Positions 1 through 9,079 of a stretch of 64,000 nucleotides of DNA are shown one piece after another. The stretch is from Candidatus Komeilibacteria bacterium RIFOXYD1_FULL_37_29. Lineage in GTDB: Bacteria; Patescibacteriota; Patescibacteriia; UBA1558; GWA2-36-10. How positions within the stretch are numbered: the first letter of the stretch is position 1; every line of letters starts with the position of its first letter. The DNA is taken from the NCBI GenBank assembly GCA_001818495.1, contig MHKS01000004.1, forward strand, positions 1,421-65,420, given 5' to 3'. Position numbers and translations under genes: made by a program. The notes under the pieces were generated by a model. The model saw only the letters and a program-made list of their open reading frames with translations, did not search any database and was not told where the DNA came from.

Positions 1-70
1 AGGCAATGTTCTTATTTGCGAATGTAAGATTTGGGGAGGTCAAGCTCTTTATGGAAAAACAATCGACCAG

Positions 71-307
71 TTGCTCGGATATTTAACTTGGAGGCAAAAT
101 TTTGGAATAATGATAACTTTTGTTAAACAAAAAAACTTTTCAAAAATATTAAATGAGGTGCAAGGTATAGTTACTCAACACGCAAGTTATAAATCGGGTT
201 TTCAACAAATATCTACAACTCATTTTCTCTCCCATCATGCATTAAGCCAGGATGAATCAAAAAGCGTAGAGATTCACCATCTTTTTTATAATTTGTTTTG
301 TGAATAA
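71..307 (+). CDS. hypothetical small protein (78 aa)
   Basis: ORF only; no recognisable motif; immediately upstream of and possibly co-transcribed with 310..615. Confidence 0.2.
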   Translation: MLGYLTWRQNFGIMITFVKQKNFSKILNEVQGIVTQHASYKSGFQQISTTHFLSHHALSQDESKSVEIHHLFYNLFCE

Positions 308-309
308 TT

Positions 310-615
310 ATGCAAACCGAATCAAAACAACAAATTTTAGAACGCCGGAAAGAGATTGAACGGGAACTCGTGGATATGCTCAAAGAGACCAAGAGTGATT
401 TTACTTTGGATCATATCCGAGATGTCATTTTTCACGAAGATGATAACGACGATATGATGAAAGTTGTGGCCATGTTCGATCGTGGCGGTGACGCTTCAGA
501 ATTGAGTAATGTTCTTGAATTGGTAACAGATGCTTGGAATTATTTTCCACATAAAATCCTTGGTGGTATTTCTCCAGCTGAAAAACTGTTGGAATATCAA
601 AATAAAAAGAAGTAA
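310..615 (+). CDS. hypothetical acidic protein (101 aa)
   Basis: Intact ORF abutting the next gene; no recognisable motif; first of three tightly packed small genes. Confidence 0.35.
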   Translation: MQTESKQQILERRKEIERELVDMLKETKSDFTLDHIRDVIFHEDDNDDMMKVVAMFDRGGDASELSNVLELVTDAWNYFPHKILGGISPAEKLLEYQNKKK

Positions 616-617
616 TT

Positions 618-794
618 ATGGCTGATGATAATAATCCAATAGAAAACGAAACAGAAGAAGCTCCGGACGAGGAAGTCGCCGAGCTTATGGAAGCTCACGA
701 TCTTGATAAGGACACGGCCGAGCGTGTGCAAGAGATCATGGAAGATTTAGGTGTGGACGAGGATGATGCCGTCGAAATCGAAGAAAGTCTTTAA
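618..794 (+). CDS. small highly acidic protein (58 aa, MADDNNPIENETEEAPDEE...)
   Basis: ATG 2 nt after stop of previous gene, stop 5 nt before next ATG; below the ORF-track length cutoff; GC-elevated relative to flanks. Confidence 0.3.
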   Translation: MADDNNPIENETEEAPDEEVAELMEAHDLDKDTAERVQEIMEDLGVDEDDAVEIEESL

Positions 795-799
795 TTTTT

Positions 800-1090
800 A
801 TGATTCCATCAAAAAAGAAAATCGACGAGTTAAAGGAATTGGTCAAAAGAGATTTTGGTGTTGAATGGACGGATCAGGAAGCCTCGGATGAAGCATTTAA
901 CTTGCTTAACTTTTACGATGCTCTGGGGAGATTCGCTATGGAGGATATCCAGAAGTATATCGACACCGGTGGAGAACCGAGTTTTGCAGGACCGGACTAT
1001 GATAAGTGGCTAGCAGAGCAGGCGGAAATCGTTAAAAAGATTCAGGCAGATCGGAAGGAAGTCTCTAAATCAAAAAAACGAAAAGGTTAA
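800..1090 (+). CDS. hypothetical protein (96 aa), lysine-rich C-terminus
   Basis: Intact ORF tightly packed with upstream small genes; contains internal copy of TTGCTTAACTTTT motif. Confidence 0.35.
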   Translation: MIPSKKKIDELKELVKRDFGVEWTDQEASDEAFNLLNFYDALGRFAMEDIQKYIDTGGEPSFAGPDYDKWLAEQAEIVKKIQADRKEVSKSKKRKG

Positions 1091-1109
1091 GCAAACATGA
1101 CTCAGCGTA

Positions 1110-1140
1110 ATTTGCTTAACTTTTCCGAAGTTAAGCAAAT
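1110..1140. promoter_or_regulatory. perfect 13-bp-arm palindrome ATTTGCTTAACTT-ttccg-AAGTTAAGCAAAT (operator-like or RNA hairpin)
   Basis: Read directly; a third half-site GTTAAGCAAA at 1086-1095; related copies at 903-915 and 47960-47973. Confidence 0.35.
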
Positions 1141-1392
1141 CGTTCTAGGCTCGCAAATTTCGTCAAACCGGTGGGCTATGTTTGCAAGAGGTGTCAAAGG
1201 TCTATTCGGGGTGCAAAGCTCGCCCCAAGGGCAGACACGGGGCAACAACGTTTTACTTTTTGGCTAGGAGGAGGTCGTAGTTGTAAAACTTGGCAACTTT
1301 CTTGATGTTATTCATTTTTTCGCGTAAAGTAACCATATACTCTTTATCCTCGAGCACTGTTATAAGACCCGACAGTGCCTGACCCCACAAGA

Positions 1393-1420
1393 ACACCTCC
1401 CTCTGGGGAGGTGTTTTTTT
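1393..1420 (+). terminator. Rho-independent terminator (CACCTCCC-tctg-GGGAGGTG + T7)
   Basis: GC stem-loop followed by T-run; followed by extended -10 TGGTATAAT at 1431-1439. Confidence 0.6.
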
Positions 1421-1430
1421 AGGTTTTTTT

Positions 1431-1439
1431 TGGTATAAT
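1431..1439 (+). promoter_or_regulatory. extended -10 promoter element TGGTATAAT upstream of 1483 gene
   Basis: TGnTATAAT consensus; same TTTTTTGGTATAAT module recurs at 13552, 19911, 21244, 24109, 35002. Confidence 0.4.
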
Positions 1440-1482
1440 AATTTTATGAGTTGGAGTATTAAAACTCACTAAAATTTAGGTT

Positions 1483-2823
1483 ATGAACATAGATCACTTG
1501 AGAAAATATAAATTTTTTATATGGGTTACCAGGCCATATTCCATATCTAGAGAATTTACATTTTTGCAACAATTTAACAAAGAGGGTCTCAAATGTTTTC
1601 TTCTAGTACCAGAAAGTAAATATATAGGTAATTATTATCTTGATGAGCATTCTTATAATATTGTTTTAAAAAAGGTGTATAAACGAATACTTAAATCTTC
1701 TGATTTGCATTTGAATGATTATGACAAAAAAGTTAAAGATCTCTTACAAAAATCAATGGATTTAGGTTCGTCAGCTGGTGTAGTGGCCGATCAGCAGTTA
1801 TTAGAAAAGTACTATCAATATTTAGTAAGCACCAATAATTTTTTTGATTATATATTCTTACCATTTGCTTTAATACAATATACGGAGCCAGAATTAAAAA
1901 GAAAATTTGCTAATAATTTTGAAACTATTATAGCCCCAGAAAAAGCTACTAAGTATCAATTAATGGAGCAAATGCTTTTGACTGAATCATTAGAAAAAGT
2001 ACAAAAAGAGTGGGGGTGGTTAAATGCTTATCATGTAGCTGAACCGTCTTATTCTATAGCGGAGCTAGAAAAAATTAAGACTGCTTTGGATAAAAATATA
2101 GTAGAAAAGTTATTTAGTAGTTTTTCAAAGAACAAAGTAGAATTTGATAAATTTATTAAACAAGTTAAAAATTCAGAAGACAAAGTAAAATGTATTTTGT
2201 TTCATCAATATGCATATTTGAGAAACGATAGAGTTGATATTTGGAAACGAGGGCTTTATTTAACAAGACCATTTTTTAAGTATTTACAATCAAAGTTTAC
2301 CAATATATCTCTTAGGGCAGCTTCAAATTTGACTTACGAAGAAATAGAGAGAATTCTTTTGAATCAAAAAATACCCAAAGAATCAGAAATAAAAAAGAGA
2401 GATAGCGCTTTTATTTATTATTTTACAGATAGTATGCACATAGTAACAGATAAACAAGATATTATTGATATACAAAATATGTTTAAGCACAATGTATCTC
2501 CAGTGCAAGAGTTTACAGGAACCATAGCTAATGAGGGGATAGCTAAAGGGGCAGTAAAGATTGTTAATTCATATCAGGAGTTAGAAAAGGTAAATAGAGG
2601 GGATATTTTAGTTGCCAAAGTTACAGATCCCCGTTATACCCCTTATATGCGTATAGCATCAGCTATTATCACAGACGAGGGAGGAGTTTTATCACACGCT
2701 TCTATTACTAGCAGGGAACTCAATTTGCCCTGTATAGTTGGTACTAAGATAGCTAGCAAAGTATTAAAAGATGGCGATATGGTTGAAGTGGATGCTAATC
2801 ATGGAATAGTTAGAAAATTATAG
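1483..2823 (+). CDS. protein with C-terminal PEP-utilising-enzyme mobile (phosphohistidine swivel) domain; N-terminal ~360 aa unknown
   Basis: C-terminus GGVLSHASITSRELNLPCIVG matches the phosphohistidine swivel domain signature of PEP synthase/PPDK/rifampin phosphotransferase; no ATP-grasp GGK motif seen. Confidence 0.6.
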   Translation: MNIDHLRKYKFFIWVTRPYSISREFTFLQQFNKEGLKCFLLVPESKYIGNYYLDEHSYNIVLKKVYKRILKSSDLHLNDYDKKVKDLLQKSMDLGSSAGVVADQQLLEKYYQYLVSTNNFFDYIFLPFALIQYTEPELKRKFANNFETIIAPEKATKYQLMEQMLLTESLEKVQKEWGWLNAYHVAEPSYSIAELEKIKTALDKNIVEKLFSSFSKNKVEFDKFIKQVKNSEDKVKCILFHQYAYLRNDRVDIWKRGLYLTRPFFKYLQSKFTNISLRAASNLTYEEIERILLNQKIPKESEIKKRDSAFIYYFTDSMHIVTDKQDIIDIQNMFKHNVSPVQEFTGTIANEGIAKGAVKIVNSYQELEKVNRGDILVAKVTDPRYTPYMRIASAIITDEGGVLSHASITSRELNLPCIVGTKIASKVLKDGDMVEVDANHGIVRKL

Positions 2824-2843
2824 TTTAGTAACACGAATTAAAA

Positions 2844-2922
2844 TTTTGACCAATCTAGGGTTCGGAATTCATCCCACAAGTGACCCCATCAGAAAGTAAG
2901 CTAATTTAAGCTTATTTTTTGA
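2844..2922. repeat. intergenic repeat copy A: conserved ~55-nt core (TTTTGACCAATCTAGGGTTCGGAATTCATCCCACAAGTGACCCCATCAGAAAGT) + palindromic hairpin TAAGCT-aattt-AGCTTA + T-run
   Basis: Near-identical to 5317-5393, related to 8243-8323, 9080-9146 and partial 6428-6470. Confidence 0.55.
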
Positions 2923-2980
2923 TAAGGTATAGTTTATTATAGAATTAAAATATAAATTTTGCTATACTTTCTATGTAAAT

Positions 2981-3835
2981 ATGAAATTTATGAATAAAGA
3001 AAATCCCACACAAAATAATAGTAATGAAATATTTCTAACCAGGCACAGTGAGGCTGAATATAGGACCAATAGAGCCATTCTAGAAAATGATCCAGAAGGT
3101 TCGTTAGATCCAGAAGATCAAATTTCGCCCGATTTATCAGAAAAAGGGAAAAAACTTGCTAGGGAAAAAGCAGAAGAATTTTTTTCTAAATTAAATCACC
3201 AAGAAGATTCTTTGTTTTTTGTTTCTAGTAATCAGATAAGAGCTATTGAGACAGCTAATATTTATCGGGAGGTTGCTAAAGAGAAAGGATTTGAGATACT
3301 AAAACCAGAGCATACTAGGAGTGAATATTCAGAAGATATGAGTGGTGGAGATATAAGAGTTGTCCAAAGTTTATCATTGCAGGTTCCCAATATGATTATT
3401 CAACATGTATTTTCTAGGGAGGAAGCTTTAAAAGGAGTTGATTGGGATAAGGTTTCAGAGGAAACAAAAGAAAAATGGGATAGGGCTAGAAAAATTATTG
3501 AAGCCGATGATCATGGTTCATGGGGGGCTAATTATTATTATCATTCTGAAGAAATAAAAAAGATTTTTCCTGAATTAAAATCGGCTAAAGATTTAGATGA
3601 AGCACAGTTTAAGAACGTATTAAGGCTTGTTAAATTTGCCGATAAAAAGATAAAAGAGTCGGGATCAGAGAAAAAGATTAAAATTCTTGGTTTTGGACAT
3701 GAAAACTATTTAGGTGTAGCATTGAACGAGTATTTTCAAGATCATGAAATCAAGAATTGTGAGACAGTCAGTTTTCAAGTTGATGAAGATAATATAAAGG
3801 CATCATTTAGGGGGCAGGAAAAAGATATAAGTTAA
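2981..3835 (+). CDS. histidine phosphatase superfamily (phosphoglycerate mutase-like) protein, divergent
   Basis: N-terminal LTRHSEAEY (RHG-type catalytic motif variant) and SSNQIRAIETA second motif; sits between the two swivel-domain paralogues. Confidence 0.45.
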   Translation: MKFMNKENPTQNNSNEIFLTRHSEAEYRTNRAILENDPEGSLDPEDQISPDLSEKGKKLAREKAEEFFSKLNHQEDSLFFVSSNQIRAIETANIYREVAKEKGFEILKPEHTRSEYSEDMSGGDIRVVQSLSLQVPNMIIQHVFSREEALKGVDWDKVSEETKEKWDRARKIIEADDHGSWGANYYYHSEEIKKIFPELKSAKDLDEAQFKNVLRLVKFADKKIKESGSEKKIKILGFGHENYLGVALNEYFQDHEIKNCETVSFQVDEDNIKASFRGQEKDIS

Positions 3836-3856
3836 TTATATTAATATTTTAGTCTT

Positions 3857-5296
3857 ATGAAAAATAAAAATTGGAATTTTGTATATAGTGAAGGACATTC
3901 ATTGCTTCTTAATGAAGTATTTTTTAATGCCTTTACTAATTTTCCCCAAATTCCTGGTATTTTTAAAACCATCCTTTATATAAATAGACACGGGGATCAG
4001 ACTTGTTATGTACCCCCATCTGAAATGACTCGCGTGCGTCAACAAGGTAAAATCTTTTTTGACGTTAAGTATCGGGCACAATTTAAGAAAAATATAGCCA
4101 ACCAAGCAGCAAAATTTAATTTATTTTGGCAAAAGTACAAAAAAACAAAGATTTTATTACTTAATAATGATCAGCTACTTTCTCTTTTTAAAGAATATAT
4201 AGATAATTTAACATTAATGTGCGCTTATTATCAGGTTTCAGGCGGAAGGTCTTACCCATTATTGGAAGAATATGTTAAACAAGAAATGTATTCTTATTTT
4301 AATAAAAATGACGTACCTAAATATTATTCTTTAGTTTTAACATCTACAAAAATTGATTTATTGGAGCGCGAGGAAATAGCTTTACTTAAATTATCAGCAA
4401 AAAAAGCAATCAATTCAAAACAACTTATTGATCATGCTATTAATTATGCCTTTCATTATTTATGTGGATATAATGATGAGAAAATACTGAGTTCACTTAA
4501 GCAGCGTATTTTAGATTTAAAGAAAAAATACAAGTCCGATTCTCTTTATATCAATAAATTTAGTAAAGAGAGAAGATCACTTATGAATCAACGTAATAGA
4601 ATAATGAAAAAATTAATCAAAAATAAACAATTGGTTAACACTATCCAATTTTTAAGAGAGCAAGGGAGATTACGTTTCGAATATAAAGAGTGGTTTTTTG
4701 GAGCGGAGTATAAATTTTTATATATATTTAAAGAGATTGCCAAGCGTTTAGGAATTTCATTGGAAGATTATTTTCTTAGTTATCGTATTGATGATACTAT
4801 TAAATTTTTACAAAATGATATTAAAGTTTCTCAGACTACAATATACGAAAGATCAAAGATATTTATATTTTATCAAAACAAAGGGAAGAAATATTTTTAT
4901 AGTGGTAAATCTGCTGAAGAAAAAGAGGAGGTACTAATGGGTACAGCCATTAAGCAAGAGAGCGTAGTGAGGGGTGTATCGGCTAATCCAGGGAAAGTTA
5001 GTGGAAAAGTCAGAATCATTTTACCTAAAAGTTTTGAGCATATTCAAAGAGCTTTAACATATTTTCAGCAAGGTGAGGTATTAATTACTACAATGACACA
5101 GCCCAGCCTTATTTCTATTATGAAGAGAGCATGCGCGATGGTAACAAATCAGGGTGGTATAACTTCCCACGCAGCCATCATATCAAGAGAGTTTGATATC
5201 CCTTGTATTGTTGGCACGCATATTGCGACAGAGGTATTTAAAGATGGCGATATGGTTGAAGTGGATGCTGATCACGGAATAGTTAGAAAATTATAG
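3857..5296 (+). CDS. paralogue of 1483..2823: unknown N-domain + C-terminal PEP-utilising mobile phosphohistidine domain
   Basis: C-terminus GGITSHAAIISREFDIPCIVG...KDGDMVEVDADHGIVRKL; last ~60 nt and 3' flank almost identical at nucleotide level to 2761-2900. Confidence 0.6.
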   Translation: MKNKNWNFVYSEGHSLLLNEVFFNAFTNFPQIPGIFKTILYINRHGDQTCYVPPSEMTRVRQQGKIFFDVKYRAQFKKNIANQAAKFNLFWQKYKKTKILLLNNDQLLSLFKEYIDNLTLMCAYYQVSGGRSYPLLEEYVKQEMYSYFNKNDVPKYYSLVLTSTKIDLLEREEIALLKLSAKKAINSKQLIDHAINYAFHYLCGYNDEKILSSLKQRILDLKKKYKSDSLYINKFSKERRSLMNQRNRIMKKLIKNKQLVNTIQFLREQGRLRFEYKEWFFGAEYKFLYIFKEIAKRLGISLEDYFLSYRIDDTIKFLQNDIKVSQTTIYERSKIFIFYQNKGKKYFYSGKSAEEKEEVLMGTAIKQESVVRGVSANPGKVSGKVRIILPKSFEHIQRALTYFQQGEVLITTMTQPSLISIMKRACAMVTNQGGITSHAAIISREFDIPCIVGTHIATEVFKDGDMVEVDADHGIVRKL

Positions 5297-5316
5297 TTTA
5301 GTAACACGAATTAAAA

Positions 5317-5393
5317 TTTTGACCAATCTAGGGTTCGGAATTCATCCCACAAGTGACCCCATCAGAAAGTTAGCTTAAAAGGCTAATTTTTTG
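5317..5393. repeat. intergenic repeat copy B (core identical to copy A, different terminal hairpin TTAGC-ttaaaag-GCTAA + T-run)
   Basis: Direct sequence comparison with 2844-2922. Confidence 0.55.
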
Positions 5394-5444
5394 ATACACT
5401 CTAATGGGGTATCGAACTAAATTATAATTTGATATAATAATTTT

Positions 5445-6311
5445 ATGAAAATACCCACAAAAAAACTTAAAAATGGATTTGAGTTACCAGATTTAGGGCT
5501 TGGTACTTGGAAAATTGGTGGCGGTCGGGAGGTTGATACGTCACGCGACAGCGGGTCTATAGAAGCGGTCAAGAAAGCTATAGCTATGGGCTATATCCAT
5601 ATTGACACGGCTGAAGTCTATGGAGCCGGTCATTGTGAAGAGCTAATTGGTCAAGCTATTAAAGATTTCCCTAGAGAAAATTTAATTATTACCAGTAAAG
5701 TAGCCAGAGTTAATTTGGCCTATGACGATGTACTTAGAGCCGCTGAAAAAAGCTTGCAAAAACTGGACATAGATTATATAGACCTTTATTATATTCACGC
5801 GCCAAATCCTGAAATTTCTCTGAAAGAAACAATAAGGGCAATGGACAGGTTAGTGAGTGATAAATTGGTAAAAAATATAGCGGTTAGTAATTTTACAGTT
5901 GATTTATTAAAAGAAGCACAAGCTTATTCAGATAATAAAATTGTAGCTAATCAAATAGAATACAGCTTACTTACTAGAAACAAAGGTAGCCACGGATTAC
6001 CATATGCTGATAACGTAGATATGGAGTCTAAGACTTTACCATATTGTCAGGAGAATGATATTTTGGTCGTGGCAGAAAGGCCTTTAGAAAGAGGTATATT
6101 ATTAGAAAAAAATGAGTTGATGGGTAAGATGGTTAAAAAGTATAATAAGTCGTATGCACAAATTGCTATTAACTGGTTAATATCACAAAAAAATGTAGTT
6201 ACTATTCCCAAATCAGATAATATAGAGCATTTAGAAGAAAATTTGGGAGGAGTAGGATGGAAAATGGAAGAGGAAGATATTGAGCTTTTAAGGCAAAAAT
6301 ATAACAATTAG
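5445..6311 (+). CDS. aldo/keto reductase family oxidoreductase
   Basis: LGLGTW, IDTAEVYG, and overall AKR (TIM-barrel NADP-dependent oxidoreductase) motif order. Confidence 0.85.
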   Translation: MKIPTKKLKNGFELPDLGLGTWKIGGGREVDTSRDSGSIEAVKKAIAMGYIHIDTAEVYGAGHCEELIGQAIKDFPRENLIITSKVARVNLAYDDVLRAAEKSLQKLDIDYIDLYYIHAPNPEISLKETIRAMDRLVSDKLVKNIAVSNFTVDLLKEAQAYSDNKIVANQIEYSLLTRNKGSHGLPYADNVDMESKTLPYCQENDILVVAERPLERGILLEKNELMGKMVKKYNKSYAQIAINWLISQKNVVTIPKSDNIEHLEENLGGVGWKMEEEDIELLRQKYNN

Positions 6312-6427
6312 TTTTAACCTAAATTATCAAATACTACTGAGTGGCATTTCATAAGGTTGGAATATCACTTTTGGTATGTCAAAATCGTCTGAAATAAACA
6401 TCAAGCTGGTTTTTATACGCTCTACTG

Positions 6428-6470
6428 TGGCACCCTATCAGAAAGTTAGCTAACGATAGCTAATTTTTTG
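6428..6470. repeat. partial copy D of the intergenic repeat (GTGGCACCCTATCAGAAAGT + hairpin TTAGCTA-acga-TAGCTAA + T6); bidirectional terminator between convergent genes
   Basis: Sequence similarity to 3' half of copies A-C. Confidence 0.45.
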
Positions 6471-6472
6471 TT

Positions 6473-7078
6473 TTAATTAAATTGTATGAGTTTATGCTTA
6501 TTTTTATCAGTATTTTCTATAATAGCAATAGCTCCATTTTTTAATTTATATTTTTTATAGTTGTCTTTAGTAATAGGTAAATTTAGTATTTTTAAAATTA
6601 ACATAGCAATAGCCCCCACATGGCTGACTATCAATATCTGATTATTTTTATGTTTGCCTATTAAAGATAAATAAAAATTATATATTCTTTTTTGTAAATC
6701 AAGATAGGACTCTCCTTCAGGAAAACGCTGTGTTCCAAAAATTTCACCGCTAGATTTCTCTAGTGCTTCTCTGTCTTTTCTTAAGATACCGCCATGTATG
6801 CCGTGATTTCTTTCTTTGAGTTCCGGACAAGGAATAATTTTTAATTTAGAGTGATTTTTGATTACTTCCTGAGCAGTTTCCAGACATCTTTTCATATCGC
6901 TACTATATAGATAATCTATTTTTTGGTTTTTCAAAACATTAGCTATATTTATAGCCTGCTTTATTCCAACATCATTAAGATTACTATCAATGGTCTGACC
7001 CATAGATATACCTACAGTGTTTTCATATGTTTGCCCGTGGCGTATAAATATTGCTTTCATATTATATATATTTGACAT
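6473..7078 (-). CDS. histidine phosphatase family protein (phosphoglycerate mutase-like)
   Basis: IFIRHGQTYEN (RHG motif), SSDMKRCLETAQ second motif, C-terminal His region. Confidence 0.75.
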   Translation of the reverse strand: MSNIYNMKAIFIRHGQTYENTVGISMGQTIDSNLNDVGIKQAINIANVLKNQKIDYLYSSDMKRCLETAQEVIKNHSKLKIIPCPELKERNHGIHGGILRKDREALEKSSGEIFGTQRFPEGESYLDLQKRIYNFYLSLIGKHKNNQILIVSHVGAIAMLILKILNLPITKDNYKKYKLKNGAIAIIENTDKNKHKLIQFN

Positions 7079-7148
7079 ATAAAACAGTATTGTTATAATA
7101 TCACATTGAATCGTTACTTAACAATCATAATAAATCGGAGGAACACAA

Positions 7149-8099
7149 ATGTCCAAGATTAACAAAAAGCTGCTGGACATACACACGGAGCTTGACAGAG
7201 CAATTCTAGATTTAGCTTTTTTTGGAAAGTTGAATCACAATTTTCATCCTGCTGCGGCAGGGGATGTTAGTCAGGTTTTTTCCAGTGAAGCAAGTACGGA
7301 ATTAGCATCTCGTTTTCACAGTCAAGCCAGCAAATGGTTTCCAATTTCCAAAATAGAGGAGTTGGCATATATTAGGGCTGACGGACGCACAGATTATAGA
7401 AGCGAGGGAGTTAGCAACACTTCTTTCTATGCTTATTCCAAGTGTCTTGCCAATAGAGTGATGCTCATTACCAGAACAGGATCACAAATCCCGGCTATTT
7501 CACAAACCATTTTAGAGGGTTTAGAAGGCACATTACTTGTTCTTCTGGAAATCAATGATGCTGGTGATGCTATCAGAATTTTGTTTGGCAACAAACAGTT
7601 TGGTTCTATTCCCTCCATAGAAACACATGTTCATATTTTAGGAGGAGCCATAGGAATTAAGGAGGGAATAGAAACGCCAGCTTTGGTTCACGCTCATCCC
7701 TTAGAACTTATTCTGTTGGCATCGCACCCCAGAATCAAGGGTAACCAAGATCTCTTCAACGCTATTTTGTATACCCAAGTAGAGGGAATTAACAGAATAG
7801 AGCCAGGCTTAGTAGCTCTTGTGCTTTACAAGCCATCTGGATCAGCTATTTTAGTAGAATCTAGCATATCTTCTTTGGAGAGGCATAAGATAGTTATCTG
7901 GCTAAACCATGGAGTTGTAGTTAGAGCTTCAAGTATCGAGCGTGGTTATGCAGTCATGGCCTATGCAGATAGAGATGCTAAGGTGGCTCTCCAGGCTCTA
8001 GCTGGGAAGTTTGTGGGTTTGCCGTTTGATGTCGTGGAAAGTTTTTTACGACAGCACAATTTGTTAGATTCTTATAACCATCTGGGATTGAATAAATAA
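7149..8099 (+). CDS. class II aldolase/adducin-domain protein (RhaD/FucA-like) with N-terminal extension
   Basis: VHAHP (HxH metal ligands) and later WLNHGVVVRASSIERGYAVMAYADRDAKVA resembling class II aldolase His/Ala-rich helix; good SD (GGAGGAACACAAATG); GC-elevated (~43%). Confidence 0.45.
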   Translation: MSKINKKLLDIHTELDRAILDLAFFGKLNHNFHPAAAGDVSQVFSSEASTELASRFHSQASKWFPISKIEELAYIRADGRTDYRSEGVSNTSFYAYSKCLANRVMLITRTGSQIPAISQTILEGLEGTLLVLLEINDAGDAIRILFGNKQFGSIPSIETHVHILGGAIGIKEGIETPALVHAHPLELILLASHPRIKGNQDLFNAILYTQVEGINRIEPGLVALVLYKPSGSAILVESSISSLERHKIVIWLNHGVVVRASSIERGYAVMAYADRDAKVALQALAGKFVGLPFDVVESFLRQHNLLDSYNHLGLNK

Positions 8100-8109
8100 G
8101 GAGGACACA

Positions 8110-8205
8110 ATGATTATCCCAGAGGAAGGTCGCATAATTTTATGCGACCTTTTTCTTAATCAGATAAACCACCAGCGATTAGCCGGAGGTATGTTCATTT
8201 TATAA
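8110..8205 (+). CDS. possible 31-aa small ORF (MIIPEEGRIILCDLFLNQINHQRLAGGMFIL)
   Basis: Consensus SD AAGGAGG 5 nt upstream of ATG, directly after aldolase-like gene; no homology inferable. Confidence 0.2.
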   Translation: MIIPEEGRIILCDLFLNQINHQRLAGGMFIL

Positions 8206-8242
8206 AAATTAATTTAATTGTATTTCAGGAATACTATATTGC

Positions 8243-8323
8243 AATTTTGACCAATCTAGGGTTTTGAATTTATCCCATAAGTGACCCCATCAAAAAGTTA
8301 CCTAACAATAGCTAATTTTTTGT
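8243..8323. repeat. intergenic repeat copy C (core with 7 substitutions + hairpin + T-run)
   Basis: Alignment to copies A/B: TTTTGACCAATCTAGGGTTTTGAATTTATCCCATAAGTGACCCCATCAAAAAGT. Confidence 0.5.
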
Positions 8324-8373
8324 TTGTTAGAATAAGTGATATAATTGGTATATTAAAATTAGAAATTAAAATT

Positions 8374-9060
8374 ATGAAACTTATATTATTTGATATTGAT
8401 GGGACACTTATTGGAGGAAAACACGGACATCCCAAATCATATAGTGATGCTATAAAAGCTATTCACGGTATTGATATTGAAATTGACTGGAAAGGTGTTC
8501 AGGGTATGACTGACCAGCAGATATTAACAAAATATTTAGTGGTTAATAATATTCCAGAAAATATCATTAGTAAGAATATGGTCAGTTATATGAAGGAGAT
8601 GGAGAAATCTTTTAATGCTAGTATTGGTAACAGTACAATACATCCTTTAGATGGCGTAGAAAAATTATTAATAGAATTGAAATCTAAAGGAGCATTATTG
8701 GGATTGGTAACAGGAAATATAGTTTCCATTGCTCGGGCTAAGTTAGAAAAATTGAATTTATGGGGATACTTTAATGTGGGTGGTTTTGGTAGCGATGATA
8801 TTAGCAGAGCCAGACTAGTTAAATTAGCAATTCAAAGAGCAGAAAAAAAATTTAATTTTGTTTTTGATAAGAATGTAATTCTATTTGGAGATGCACCGCA
8901 GGATATGAAAGCAGGTATTGATGCAGATATATATACAATTGGGGTTACAACGGGAGTGTATTCAAAAGAAGATTTAAATAAGGTGGGTGCAAAGGTAGTT
9001 GTAGATTCACTTAAAAACACTAAGGAAATCGTAAAACTTATAGATAGTATTTTATTGTAA
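8374..9060 (+). CDS. HAD-superfamily hydrolase (phosphatase/beta-phosphoglucomutase-like)
   Basis: MKLILFDIDGTLI (DxDGT motif I), later GDAPQD motif IV; ORF-track start 8281 would read through the repeat, so internal ATG 8374 chosen. Confidence 0.75.
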   Translation: MKLILFDIDGTLIGGKHGHPKSYSDAIKAIHGIDIEIDWKGVQGMTDQQILTKYLVVNNIPENIISKNMVSYMKEMEKSFNASIGNSTIHPLDGVEKLLIELKSKGALLGLVTGNIVSIARAKLEKLNLWGYFNVGGFGSDDISRARLVKLAIQRAEKKFNFVFDKNVILFGDAPQDMKAGIDADIYTIGVTTGVYSKEDLNKVGAKVVVDSLKNTKEIVKLIDSILL

Positions 9061-9079
9061 ATATTTTATAGAACATTTT

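Noticed and set aside
3899-4105. Antisense or overlapping short ORFs inside well-supported genes. Examples: 3899..4105(-), 6047..6307(-), 7433..7618(-), 8832..9020(-), 9418..9766(+), 10680..10996(+), 11340..11824, 13163..13550, 13964..14191(-), 16260..16442(-), 17017..17301(+), 18110..18319(+), 19385..19946(-), 20140..20460(-), 24628..24822(-), 28023..28301(-), 28676..28900(-), 28978..29655(+), 31201..34023, 36051..36266(-), 37367..37777(-), 41582..41866(-), 44212..46071(-), 46286..46862(-), 49382..50221(-), 53018..53335(+), 53948..54352(+), 54894..55532(+), 56381..56572(+), 57879..58082(-), 58220..59774(+), 60081..60419(+), 61004..61207(-).
   Set aside because: Each lies wholly within, and opposite to or out of frame with, a longer ORF that has clear family motifs or coherent membrane/lipoprotein features. 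They lack RBS and show biased composition typical of shadow ORFs in AT-rich DNA.
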